Origin: a virus
Taxonomy: Duplodnaviria > Heunggongvirae > Uroviricota > Caudoviricetes
IMG/VR virus record: IMGVR_UViG_2713896799_000009
Coordinates: 1 to 37,500 of that record
DNA length: 37,500 bases
Direction: 5' to 3' (one strand)
In this document: positions 29,419-37,500 of the stretch, piece by piece
How positions within the stretch are numbered: the stretch's first letter is position 1
How the letters are laid out: every line of letters starts with the position of its first letter
Program-made: the position numbers and the translations under genes
The notes under the pieces: model-generated
What the model saw: the letters and a program-made list of their open reading frames with translations, nothing else
Told to the model about the DNA's origin: nothing
The model's database searches: none

Positions 29419-30495
29419 TTACCCCCTGAAGCCCGGCGGAATTTCGTTATCCGGTTCAGAAATATGATTCACACAACGCTGGTTGTTCGTGCCGCTTACC
29501 GGGAGCAACCAGGGGTTCTCAAAATTCCGGTCCGGTCCAAAAAACGTCGTCGCTCGCTGAACAAATTCCGTTCCCGTTTTCCCGGTAGCCGCCAAGTATC
29601 TTGCGTAACGCCTCACGCCATCCAGCATGGCTTCTGGTGGCACCCCCTCGCGTAATCTGGCCTTCCAGGCACTGAAAGCGGATTTCTTCGGGTTTGCTCC
29701 GGCACGCAACGGGTACTCCCGCCAGACCTGTTCGAACACATCCGGATAATCCACTCGTCCCACAGACTGCCCGGTGTTTTCCGGGACTACCCGATCGGCT
29801 TCCCGCTGAATGGCGGAATCGGCTTCGGGCTGCTGCAGTTGGTGTGATTGCTCCGGCCTTGCGGTCATCACCTGCTGCACAGCGCCCGAATCGGCTTTCA
29901 GCGCATACGCTGAATCGGCTTCCGGTGTCGTGCCTGCTGGCTGACCAAGATTGACGGTCTGAACATCCCCTGCCTGGTTCGTGGCGTTTTTTACGCCATG
30001 GACCATAGTGTTTTGATCTTCTTGATCTGTATCTTTATCTGTATCTTTATCTGTCGTGACTCGTCGTGACATGTGCGTGACATTTCGTGACGCGCCGTGA
30101 CAATCGCCATTTTGTTCCCGCTTTCTTTCCCTCTCTCGCTGCGCCCTCTTGCGCTCTGCAGGAGATTTTGCGGTTTGCGAAATATTGCCGTTGTCCTCTT
30201 TAAGCACCTGGCGTTTTTCCCATCCAGTGATTAAATCACCATCAAGTACCCGCCCCTGCATCGTCTGCAAAATTGAATCAATTACCTCTTCTGTCACGTC
30301 GAGCGCACTTGCCAAATCTTCTGTCGTGACATCAATGTGACCTCGCGTGACATTTCGTGACGCGCTCACCAGGAGGTGGATATACACTGCCATCACTGTT
30401 GCAATTGGCTGCCCTGACACTCTGGCAATTGTTCGCCACTTAGGGTCATTTGGCATGTCATGCCATAATCTGAGCCAGGCGTTAGCCATACTCAC
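29419..30495 (-). CDS. Putative replication initiator (lambda O-like) containing the origin iterons
   Basis: 358 aa; lies where O sits in a lambdoid early-right operon; contains two clusters of helically phased CGTGAC repeats and an AT-rich repeat block; the protein shows matching ASRNVT repeats. Confidence 0.6.
   Translation of the reverse strand: MSMANAWLRLWHDMPNDPKWRTIARVSGQPIATVMAVYIHLLVSASRNVTRGHIDVTTEDLASALDVTEEVIDSILQTMQGRVLDGDLITGWEKRQVLKEDNGNISQTAKSPAERKRAQRERERKREQNGDCHGASRNVTHMSRRVTTDKDTDKDTDQEDQNTMVHGVKNATNQAGDVQTVNLGQPAGTTPEADSAYALKADSGAVQQVMTARPEQSHQLQQPEADSAIQREADRVVPENTGQSVGRVDYPDVFEQVWREYPLRAGANPKKSAFSAWKARLREGVPPEAMLDGVRRYARYLAATGKTGTEFVQRATTFFGPDRNFENPWLLPVSGTNNQRCVNHISEPDNEIPPGFRG
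30015..30361. repeat. Putative replication origin: iteron clusters and AT-rich direct repeats inside the O-like gene
   Basis: CGTGAC five times at about 10-11 bp spacing (30055-30101) and four times (30325-30361); identical 21-mer GCGTGACATTTCGTGACGCGC at 30075-30095 and 30345-30365; AT-rich TCTGTATCTTTATC repeats at 30015-30054. Confidence 0.6.
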
Positions 30496-30559
30496 CTCTT
30501 CTGATACCGAATCTTTTACTCACGAGTTGCCGGAAGCGATTCGATATGGCTATTATCAC

Positions 30560-30985
30560 TCAATGCACTGCCACAGCATTTCCTGCCGGGCCACCACGGT
30601 TCATCTGATTGAAACCGGCGATTGCCACTGCGACAAAATCATCAGCGTCTCTCACCAGTCGCTCCCGCGTCTCCACCAGCTCCCGAAAATAAGCTGAACT
30701 GTGGCTGCGCATTCTGGCCACCAGCAAAGGTGGCATTGCCTTTTCGATCGCTGGTAACAACGCCTGAATTTTTTCAACTGCATCAGGGGTGTCTTTCTCT
30801 ACCCAGCGGAAAATTTTCTGGGTATTGCGAGCCAGGGCTTCCGGATGGCTGTCGTCATACAGTTCTGGGAACGTCATACCCAGTTCAAAATAAGCCCTGG
30901 TTATTTCAGCTGCCGGAACTTTTTCACCGTCCGGATGCGCCCAGGCATTCATCGCCATGCGGATGTGTTCATGCTTGATTTTCAT
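30560..30985 (-). CDS. YdaT-like protein (CII position in the early-right operon)
   Basis: 141 aa; second gene after the repressor-divergent promoter; resemblance to Rac YdaT from recall and genomic position. Confidence 0.55.
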   Translation of the reverse strand: MKIKHEHIRMAMNAWAHPDGEKVPAAEITRAYFELGMTFPELYDDSHPEALARNTQKIFRWVEKDTPDAVEKIQALLPAIEKAMPPLLVARMRSHSSAYFRELVETRERLVRDADDFVAVAIAGFNQMNRGGPAGNAVAVH

Positions 30986-31250
30986 GAATCAAGCTCCTAG
31001 AAAGTGGTTGTGTTAACGTTTTGGTATCTTCCAGCTCGGGCCAAATATTCATCCAATCAAAAGGCCTTAGTTGCTGACGTGTAACTTCACCATTACTGGC
31101 TCGCTCAATAAGGACACATAACGATGCCCCTAACACTTGACCTTTACTCAATGCCTTTCTTAGATAACCGATGCTGGTACCACACTCGCATGCAAACATA
31201 CGCTGTTCATCTGACGAAAGAGAATTGAGAAATATTCTTAATTCTTCCAT
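30969..31250 (-). CDS. Cro-like HTH regulator (YdaS-like)
   Basis: 93 aa; AAGGAG ribosome-binding site; first gene divergent from the repressor; helix-turn-helix-like segment (CGTSIGYLRKALSKG) and IERASNGEV motif. Confidence 0.6.
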   Translation of the reverse strand: MEELRIFLNSLSSDEQRMFACECGTSIGYLRKALSKGQVLGASLCVLIERASNGEVTRQQLRPFDWMNIWPELEDTKTLTQPLSRSLIHENQA

Positions 31251-31278
31251 AGCTACTCCTTAGTAAACACAGTAAAGA

Positions 31279-31322
31279 ATACCCACAGGTAAACAAAAGT
31301 CAATACCCACAGGTTGTTTACC
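31279..31322. promoter_or_regulatory. Putative right operator: two copies of ATACCCACAGGT with an inverted GGTAAACA/TGTTTACC pair
   Basis: Direct repeats at 31279-31290 and 31303-31314 in the 100-bp divergent intergenic region between the cro-like and repressor genes. Confidence 0.5.
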
Positions 31323-31350
31323 TTGCGGTAATCGCATCTATTATTTACCT

Positions 31351-31770
31351 ATGGACAAATATGAATTTAGACGACAGCAACTCATCAAAATTCGTGATGA
31401 GAAATGCGATGGTAAAGCGGTTAACGTGGCCAGAAAGATCGGGCGCGAGCCTTCTTATGTATCAAGAATGTTGTACCCAGAGGGGAAAAAGGGAAAAAAA
31501 CGGATCGCTGATGATATGGTGGAGATTATCGAAGAGTCCTTTGGGTTACCCCGGGGATGGATGGATGGTATCGTTTCATCATCAACGAACACAGCCTCCA
31601 GTTATGAAACAAGGGTTCTAACGCCACGACAACGTATTTTTTTAGATCTCTTAGACGAACTGCCAGAAAGTGAAGCGGATAACTTATTAAAAACTCTTGA
31701 AGAGAAAAAACAGTATTACAATATGATCTACGAAGAAATCCGTAAAAAGAAAGCACAAAACGCATCATAG
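31351..31770 (+). CDS. dicA: DicA-like prophage repressor
   Basis: 139 aa; N-terminal helix-turn-helix region (VNVARKIGREPSYVSRML); C-terminal LPESEADNLL...EE resembles the DicA C-terminus; divergent from the cro-like gene. Confidence 0.65.
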   Translation: MDKYEFRRQQLIKIRDEKCDGKAVNVARKIGREPSYVSRMLYPEGKKGKKRIADDMVEIIEESFGLPRGWMDGIVSSSTNTASSYETRVLTPRQRIFLDLLDELPESEADNLLKTLEEKKQYYNMIYEEIRKKKAQNAS

Positions 31771-31812
31771 CTCACCAAACAACTAGTCACCAGTTAAGAC
31801 ACCGCAAAAAGT

Positions 31813-31850
31813 TACCCATGGGTATTTACTTTTTAAATACCTATGGGTAT
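31813..31850. promoter_or_regulatory. Putative left operator: perfect palindrome TACCCATGGGTA plus a near-repeat ATACCTATGGGTAT
   Basis: 12-bp perfect palindrome at 31813-31824 sharing the TACCCA half-site with the right operator; lies upstream of the plus-strand early-left genes. Confidence 0.45.
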
Positions 31851-32035
31851 CCTTCTTTTCATACCAACCCACCCCGCCCCACAGAATGCAGGGCAATACT
31901 TCGAGTTACCAGGCAGTGGTCAGGGGTTAAGTAGCCAGCCCGAGGCGTAAGAACATGACGGCAGGGTTCAACTTTAATAACTATGCAGCAGGTTTTTGTT
32001 CCGCTACCCCGGCGTTAAGGGGAAATGAGGTCAGC

Positions 32036-32191
32036 ATGGATACTATCGATCTTGGCAACAGCGAATCTCTGGTATGTGGCGTGTTCCCCAACCAGGACGG
32101 TACGTTCACCGCGATGACGTATACCAAAAGCAAAACGTTTAAAACCGAAAATGGTGCCCGTCGCTGGCTGGAAAGAAACTCAGGTGAGTGA
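32036..32191 (+). CDS. ydfA: YdfA-like small protein (51 aa)
   Basis: MDTIDLGNSESLVCGVFPNQDGTFTAMTYTKSKTFKTENGARRWLERNSGE with GAGG ribosome-binding site; resembles Qin YdfA from recall. Confidence 0.7.
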   Translation: MDTIDLGNSESLVCGVFPNQDGTFTAMTYTKSKTFKTENGARRWLERNSGE

Positions 32192-32192
32192 T

Positions 32193-32321
32193 ATGGATTT
32201 CGACACAATCATGGAAAAGGCTTACGAAGAATACTTCGAAGGTCTTGCCGAAGGCGAAGAAGCTCTCAGCTTCAACGAATTTAAACAGGCGCTTTCCAGT
32301 TCGGCAAAATCTAACGGCTGA
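32193..32321 (+). CDS. ydfB: YdfB-like small protein (42 aa)
   Basis: MDFDTIMEKAYEEYFEGLAEGEEALSFNEFKQALSSSAKSNG, translated by hand; below the track's size cut-off. Confidence 0.6.
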   Translation: MDFDTIMEKAYEEYFEGLAEGEEALSFNEFKQALSSSAKSNG

Positions 32322-32350
32322 TAAGCGAAACAGCACCGCGAGGAATCAGT

Positions 32351-32569
32351 ATGCAGAAACGAGAACCCGTCATCATCGCGCCAGACTATACCGATGATGA
32401 ACTTTATGAGTGGATGCACCAGAAAATTAATGCAGCGCAGGATCTGAAATGGGCCAATGAAGCCAGGGCTAAGCAGGCTGAAAATCTGTCCGCTCTGGAG
32501 CAGGATATCACTAATCTGGAAAAAGCAGCGGCATTAAGCATTGCCAGAATGATTACATACCCGCGTTAA
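32351..32569 (+). CDS. ydfC: YdfC-like protein (72 aa)
   Basis: 72 aa ORF in the ydfA-ydfB-ydfC-dicF-dicB gene order. Confidence 0.65.
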   Translation: MQKREPVIIAPDYTDDELYEWMHQKINAAQDLKWANEARAKQAENLSALEQDITNLEKAAALSIARMITYPR

Positions 32570-32910
32570 TAGCTAACCAACGAAGCTAAGGTTGGTAATT
32601 AAGGAGTTCTCCACGGGTGAGGTGGAGTGCGTGCGCCGGACACGGGTGAGCATCCGGCACTGACAGTTTACTGAAAGGATATTTCCCTGAAAAGTCAGAC
32701 CATAACGCGAAAGCGCACGGCGAGGTAGCTGGTTCATAGATAGCCTGTCGTTAAATTTTCGTCGACCGTGCGCTTCCGGTTGTGGCAATCCGCGAAATGG
32801 CGCGGCGGTAAGTATGGCGGGGTTATTCCTTCCCCCGTTGAGGACACCGGGTTGTCAGGTTGACCATACGCTTAAGTGACAACCCCGCTGCAACGCCCTC
32901 TGTTATCAAT

Positions 32911-32968
32911 TTTCTGGTGACGTTTGGCGGTATCAGTTTTACTCCGTGACTGCTCTGCCGCCCTTTTT
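32911..32968 (+). ncRNA. dicF: DicF small regulatory RNA
   Basis: TTTCTGGTGACGTTTGGCGGTATCAGTTTTACTCCGTGACTGCTCTGCCGCCCTTTTT matches the E. coli DicF sequence as recalled, including the 3' terminator hairpin; located between ydfC and dicB. Confidence 0.75.
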
Positions 32969-33137
32969 AAAGTGAATTTTGTGATGCGGTGAATGCGGCT
33001 AAGCGCACGCGGAACAGTTAAAACCAAAAACAGTGTTATGGTTGGATTCTCTGTATCCGGCGTTAATTGTTAACTGGTTAACGTCACCTGGAGGCACCAG
33101 GCACCGCATCACAAAACTCATTGTTGAGGGCGCGATA

Positions 33138-33326
33138 ATGAAAACGTTATTACCAAACGTTAATACGTCTGAAGGTTGTTTTGAAATTGGTGTCACTATC
33201 AGTAACCCTGTATTTACTGAAGATGCCATTAACAAGAGAAAACACGAACGGGAGCTATTAAATAAAATATGCATTCTTTCAATGTTGGCCCGTTTACGTC
33301 CGATACAAAAAGGATGCTGGCAATGA
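33138..33326 (+). CDS. dicB: DicB cell-division inhibitor
   Basis: MKTLLPNVNTSEGCFEIGVTISNPVFTEDAINKRK... (62 aa) with GAGGG ribosome-binding site; matches DicB. Confidence 0.85.
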   Translation: MKTLLPNVNTSEGCFEIGVTISNPVFTEDAINKRKHERELLNKICILSMLARLRPIQKGCWQ

Positions 33327-33514
33327 ATACAGCATTTGCACTTGTTCTGACAGTTTTTCTTGTTTCCGGAGAGCCAGTTGATATTGCAGTCAGTGTTCAC
33401 AGGACAATGCAGGAGTGTATGACTGCAGCAACCGAACAGAAAATTCCCGGTAACTGTTACCCGGTCGATAAAGTTATTCACCAGGATAATATCGAAATCC
33501 CGGCAGGTCTTTAA
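33323..33514 (+). CDS. ydfD: YdfD-like small membrane protein
   Basis: MNTAFALVLTVFLVSGEPVDIAVSVHRTMQECMTAATEQKIPGNCYPVDKVIHQDNIEIPAGL; ATG overlaps the dicB stop (ATGA). Confidence 0.75.
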   Translation: MNTAFALVLTVFLVSGEPVDIAVSVHRTMQECMTAATEQKIPGNCYPVDKVIHQDNIEIPAGL

Positions 33515-33607
33515 AACAGTTCCGTAATAAATATCCGGTTTCATTCTTATATGCCAGCAATGGCAGGGATTTGTTCATCCTTAAATCTGTCATGAGGTTA
33601 AAACAAA

Positions 33608-36079
33608 ATGAGTAAAGTCTTTATTTGCGCCGCCATTCCTGACGAACTGGCAACAAGGGAAGAAGGCGCTGTGGCTGTAGCCACAGCCATTGAAGCTGGC
33701 GACGAACGCCGTGCTCGAGCAAAATTTCACTGGCAATTCCTGGAACATTATCCGGCTGCTCAGGACTGCGCTTATAAATTTATTATCTGCGAGGATAAAC
33801 CTGGCATACCCCGCCCTGCCCTCGATTCATGGGATGCTGAATATATGCAGGAAAACCGCTGGGATGAGGATTCTGCTTCTTTTGTCCCGGTTGAGACTGA
33901 ATCCGATCTGATGAACGTCACTTTTGACAAGCTGGCCCCTGAAGTACAGAACGCTCTCATGGTTAAGTTCGACACATGTAAAAACATCACCGTTGATATG
34001 GTTATTAGCGCACAGGAATTGTTGCAGGAAGACATGGCAACATTCAACGGACATATCGTTGAAGCGTTGATGAAAATGCCAGAAGTTAACGCCATGTATC
34101 CGGAGCTTAAGCTGCATGCCATCGGGTGGGTTAAGCATAAATGTAAGCCTAGTGCCAAATGGCCCGAAATTCAGGCAGAGATGCGCATCTGGAAAAAACG
34201 TCGCGAAGGTGAACGCAAGGAAACCGGAAAATACACGTCTGTTGTTGATCTCGCCCGCGCCAGAGCCAATCAACAGCACACTGAAAATTCAACAGGAAAA
34301 ATCAACCCGGTCATTGCTGCCATTCATCGCGAATACAAGCAGACATGGAAAACACTGGATGACGAACTGGCCTACGCTCTCTGGCCTGGTGATGTGGATG
34401 CCGGAAACATTGACGGCAGCATCCATCGCTGGGCAAAAAATGAAGTTATCGACAACGACCGCGAAGACTGGAAGCGTATCTCGGCATCAATGCGCAAACA
34501 GCCTGATGCCCTTCGCTACGACCGCCAGACTATTTTTGGCCTTGTCCGTGAACGTCCGATCGACATTCACAAAGACCCTGTGGCACTGAACAAATACATT
34601 ACTGAATACCTGACTACAAAGGGCGTGTTTGAAGATGAAGGAACAAATCAGAGCGCAACTGATACTCTCTCGTCGCCAGTACCAGAAACTGATGCAGTGG
34701 AAACGGCAATTCCGGACAACGAAAAAACCGAATGCAAAGTGGAAGTCGAACCATCTGTAGAACGTGAGGGGCCGTTCTACTTCCTCTTCACCGACAAGGA
34801 TGGCGAAAAATACGGTCGCGCAAACAAACTTTCTGGTCTGGATAAGGCGCTGTCTGCTGGGGCTACTGAAATCACGAAAGAAGAATATTTCGCCCGCAAA
34901 AACGGTACATACTCAGGTTCACAACAAAATACTGGTGCATCTGACACGACCGCACAACCAGGGTCAGTAAAAGTTACCGCTGACGAAGTAAACAAAATTA
35001 TGCAGGCAGCCAATATCAGCCAGCCTGACGCCGATGAACTGCTTGCAGTATCACGTGGTGAATTTGTTGCAGGGATTAGCGATCCGAATGATCCGAAATG
35101 GGTAAAGGGGATTGGAACCCGCGATTCTGTGAACCAGAACCAGCAAGAAACGGAACAGAACGACCAGAAAGCGGGACAAAACAGCCCAAATACGCAACAA
35201 AACGAGCCAGAAACGAAACAACCTGAACCAGTAGTGCAACAGGAACCGGAAAAGATCTGCACCGCCTGCGGTCAGAGGGGTGGCGGCAACTGCCCTGATT
35301 GTGGTGCGGTGATGGGCGACGCAACATACCAGGAAACATTCGATGACAAGAACCGGGTTGAAGTTCAGGAAGACGATTCGGAGAAAATGGAAGGCGCTGA
35401 ACATCCACACAAGGAGAATGCTGGCAGCGCTCAGGACTACGCCAGCGATAGTGAAACTGGCGAGACGGCAGATCCCTTAATTACGATGAACGGTCATCAC
35501 ATTATCACATCCACCAGCAGGGCGTGTGACCATCTAATGATCGACCTTGAAACCATGGGAAAAAATCCTGATGCCCCGATTATCTCAATAGGTGCAATAT
35601 TTTTCGATCCGCAAACCGGAGACATGGGGCCGGAATTTAGCAAGACCATCGATCTGGAAACTGCTGGCGGAGTCATTGATCGTGACACCATAAAATGGTG
35701 GCTTAAGCAATCACGCGAGGCGCAATCTGCCATTCTGAGCGATGAAATCCCGTTAGATGATGCACTGCTGCAATTGCGGGAATTTATCGCCGAAAACTCC
35801 AGTGAATTTTTTGTCCAGGTCTGGGGAAATGGAGCCAACTTCGACAACGTGATTTTACGCCGTTCATACGAACGGCAGGGTATCCCCTGCCCGTGGCACT
35901 ACCACAACGATCGCGATGTACGCACAATCGTTGAGCTGGGGAAAGCCATAGACTTCGATGCCAGAACGGCTATCCCATTCGAAGGTGAGCGCCATAATGC
36001 ACTTGATGACGCTCGTTACCAGGCAAAATACGTTTCAGCTATCTGGCAAAAACTGATCCCGAATCAGGCTGATTTTTAA
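33608..36079 (+). CDS. Large early-left protein with C-terminal DnaQ-like (DEDDh) 3'-5' exonuclease domain
   Basis: 823 aa; C-terminal motifs LMIDLETMG, GANFDNVIL and HNALDDARYQAKY fit exonuclease motifs I-III; central acidic, Q/N-rich linker with a Cys4 zinc-ribbon motif (CTACGQRGGGNCPDCG); occupies the exo/bet or recE position. Confidence 0.7.
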   Translation: MSKVFICAAIPDELATREEGAVAVATAIEAGDERRARAKFHWQFLEHYPAAQDCAYKFIICEDKPGIPRPALDSWDAEYMQENRWDEDSASFVPVETESDLMNVTFDKLAPEVQNALMVKFDTCKNITVDMVISAQELLQEDMATFNGHIVEALMKMPEVNAMYPELKLHAIGWVKHKCKPSAKWPEIQAEMRIWKKRREGERKETGKYTSVVDLARARANQQHTENSTGKINPVIAAIHREYKQTWKTLDDELAYALWPGDVDAGNIDGSIHRWAKNEVIDNDREDWKRISASMRKQPDALRYDRQTIFGLVRERPIDIHKDPVALNKYITEYLTTKGVFEDEGTNQSATDTLSSPVPETDAVETAIPDNEKTECKVEVEPSVEREGPFYFLFTDKDGEKYGRANKLSGLDKALSAGATEITKEEYFARKNGTYSGSQQNTGASDTTAQPGSVKVTADEVNKIMQAANISQPDADELLAVSRGEFVAGISDPNDPKWVKGIGTRDSVNQNQQETEQNDQKAGQNSPNTQQNEPETKQPEPVVQQEPEKICTACGQRGGGNCPDCGAVMGDATYQETFDDKNRVEVQEDDSEKMEGAEHPHKENAGSAQDYASDSETGETADPLITMNGHHIITSTSRACDHLMIDLETMGKNPDAPIISIGAIFFDPQTGDMGPEFSKTIDLETAGGVIDRDTIKWWLKQSREAQSAILSDEIPLDDALLQLREFIAENSSEFFVQVWGNGANFDNVILRRSYERQGIPCPWHYHNDRDVRTIVELGKAIDFDARTAIPFEGERHNALDDARYQAKYVSAIWQKLIPNQADF

Positions 36080-36143
36080 TGTTCAATCCCGGTCGTCGAC
36101 CACCAGCTATAGTGGCGGCGACCATGATTAGCGAACGACGCTC

Positions 36144-36392
36144 ATGGCAAGACTCATTCTGCTCACTGAGTGGGCAAAAGAGGAATTCAGCGATCCGGTC
36201 CCTACTCCGGGCACGTTAAGTAAATACGCTAAAGCCGGAATGATATTTCCTCTCCCCAAAAAAGTTGGAAGACACTGGCGAGTGGATCCGCGAGCTCGCT
36301 TTGTCGGAATGGTAAACAAGCCGGAGGTGATCGCCACAGATCATCCTGCTTTGAAGAGGATACTGGAAGATGGCGCGCCCGCGAAAATATAA
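36144..36392 (+). CDS. xis: Excisionase-like protein (Xis)
   Basis: 82 aa, immediately upstream of and overlapping int; resembles e14/Rac-type excisionases. Confidence 0.7.
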   Translation: MARLILLTEWAKEEFSDPVPTPGTLSKYAKAGMIFPLPKKVGRHWRVDPRARFVGMVNKPEVIATDHPALKRILEDGAPAKI

Positions 36393-37500
36393 AACCGATG
36401 TTCCGGGATTATCTCCATATTTTGACAAAAGAAATAACAAAGTTTACTGGCGTTACAGGCATCCCATAACAGGCAAAAATCACGGTCTCGGCAGTATTGA
36501 CCAGAAACTGGCAGAAACTATTGCAGCAGAAGCGAACAGCCGTCTTGCCAGGCAGCAAATGGAACAAATGCTCAGTCTGCAGGAGAAAATTATTAATGAT
36601 ACCGGCGGTTCATCAACTGTTTCCATTTTTCTGAATAATTACAGAAAAATTCAACAGGAAAGATATGAAAACGGAGAGATCAAACTCAACACGCTGAAAC
36701 AAAAAGTGGCCCCTCTCAGGGTATTTGATGAACGTTTTGGCACCAGACCGTTAGATGCCATAACCGTAAAAGATGTGGTATCGGTGCTGGAAGAGTACAA
36801 GGCCAGAGGACATAACAGAATGGGACAAATTTTCAGGAAGGTACTGATCGATGTTTTCCGGGAAGCTCAGCAAACAGGCGATGTCCCGCCAGGCTTTAAC
36901 CCTGCAGAATCGGCAAAAAAACCGCAGGTGCGGATATCAAGACAGCGACTGACTTTTGATGAGTGGATGATGATTTATAACGCTGCGGAAAAGGATGGTT
37001 ACTTTTTACAGCGCGGTATGCTGCTGGCACTGATGACAGGCCAGCGCCTTTCAGATATTTGCAAAATGCAATTTTCGGATATCCGGGATGGTTATCTTCA
37101 TGTCGAACAGCAAAAAACAGGAACCCGGATTGCCATCCCTCTGGCTCTGCGTTGCGATAAATTAAATCTCACCCTGGATGATGTGGTGTCATCCTGTCGC
37201 GATTGCGTTCTTAGTCCGTGGCTATTGCACCATCATCACGCGAAAGGGACAGCTAAGCGCGGCGGGATGGTTAAGCCAGCAACGTTAACCGTTGCATTTA
37301 AAAAAGCGCGGGATTCTGTGGATTACAACTGGCGTGCTAATGGCACCCCACCCTCTTTCCATGAGCAGAGATCTTTATCGGAGCGATTGTTCAGAGAGCA
37401 GGGAATTGATACCCAAATTTTGCTGGGTCATTCGAATCAAAAAATGACCGATATTTACAACGATGCACGCGGTAAGGAGTGGAAAAAACTGATCATTTGA
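36370..37500 (+). CDS. int: Tyrosine integrase (lambda Int family)
   Basis: 376 aa; lambda Int-like over its whole length (RxxxHPITGKNHGLG, VEQQKTGTRIAIP, HEQRSLSERL, LLGHSNQKMTDIYNDARGKEW); the stop codon is the last triplet of the window. Confidence 0.9.
   Translation: MARPRKYKTDVPGLSPYFDKRNNKVYWRYRHPITGKNHGLGSIDQKLAETIAAEANSRLARQQMEQMLSLQEKIINDTGGSSTVSIFLNNYRKIQQERYENGEIKLNTLKQKVAPLRVFDERFGTRPLDAITVKDVVSVLEEYKARGHNRMGQIFRKVLIDVFREAQQTGDVPPGFNPAESAKKPQVRISRQRLTFDEWMMIYNAAEKDGYFLQRGMLLALMTGQRLSDICKMQFSDIRDGYLHVEQQKTGTRIAIPLALRCDKLNLTLDDVVSSCRDCVLSPWLLHHHHAKGTAKRGGMVKPATLTVAFKKARDSVDYNWRANGTPPSFHEQRSLSERLFREQGIDTQILLGHSNQKMTDIYNDARGKEWKKLII

Noticed and set aside
32573-32788. 71-aa minus-strand ORF in the ydfC-dicF intergenic region
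   Set aside because: Antisense to the early-left transcript, Arg-rich, no start signals; the region is better explained as structured non-coding RNA.

Overview
This window is almost entirely one lambdoid prophage of the Enterobacteriaceae type, running from a disrupted side-tail-fibre gene at the left edge to the integrase stop codon at the right edge (37500); neither att site is inside the window. All calls rest on reading the supplied ORF translations and the DNA by eye against remembered phage protein families; no database search was run. The genome is mosaic. The late operon is on the minus strand: HNH endonuclease, small and large terminase, an HK97-type head module (portal, prohead protease, major capsid, connector proteins), a lambda-type tail module (V, G/G-T with a -1 frameshift site, tape measure H, M, L, K, I, J), then lom and stf. 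Upstream of it lie a phage-21-type lysis cassette (S21-like pinholin, SAR endolysin, Rz/Rz1, with bor on the opposite strand) and four tRNA-like genes. The early region resembles Qin/Rac: Q-like antiterminator, RusA, a YdfU-like protein, a hok-family toxin, an O-like initiator containing iterons, YdaT-like and YdaS-like genes divergent from a DicA-like repressor, then ydfA, ydfB, ydfC, DicF sRNA, dicB, ydfD, a large exonuclease-domain protein, xis and int on the plus strand. Two cargo loci stand out as candidates for an undescribed system: a three-gene membrane-protein cassette (23474-24988) between Q and the late region, and a low-GC single gene (28000-28809) with an N-terminal HNH-like motif.
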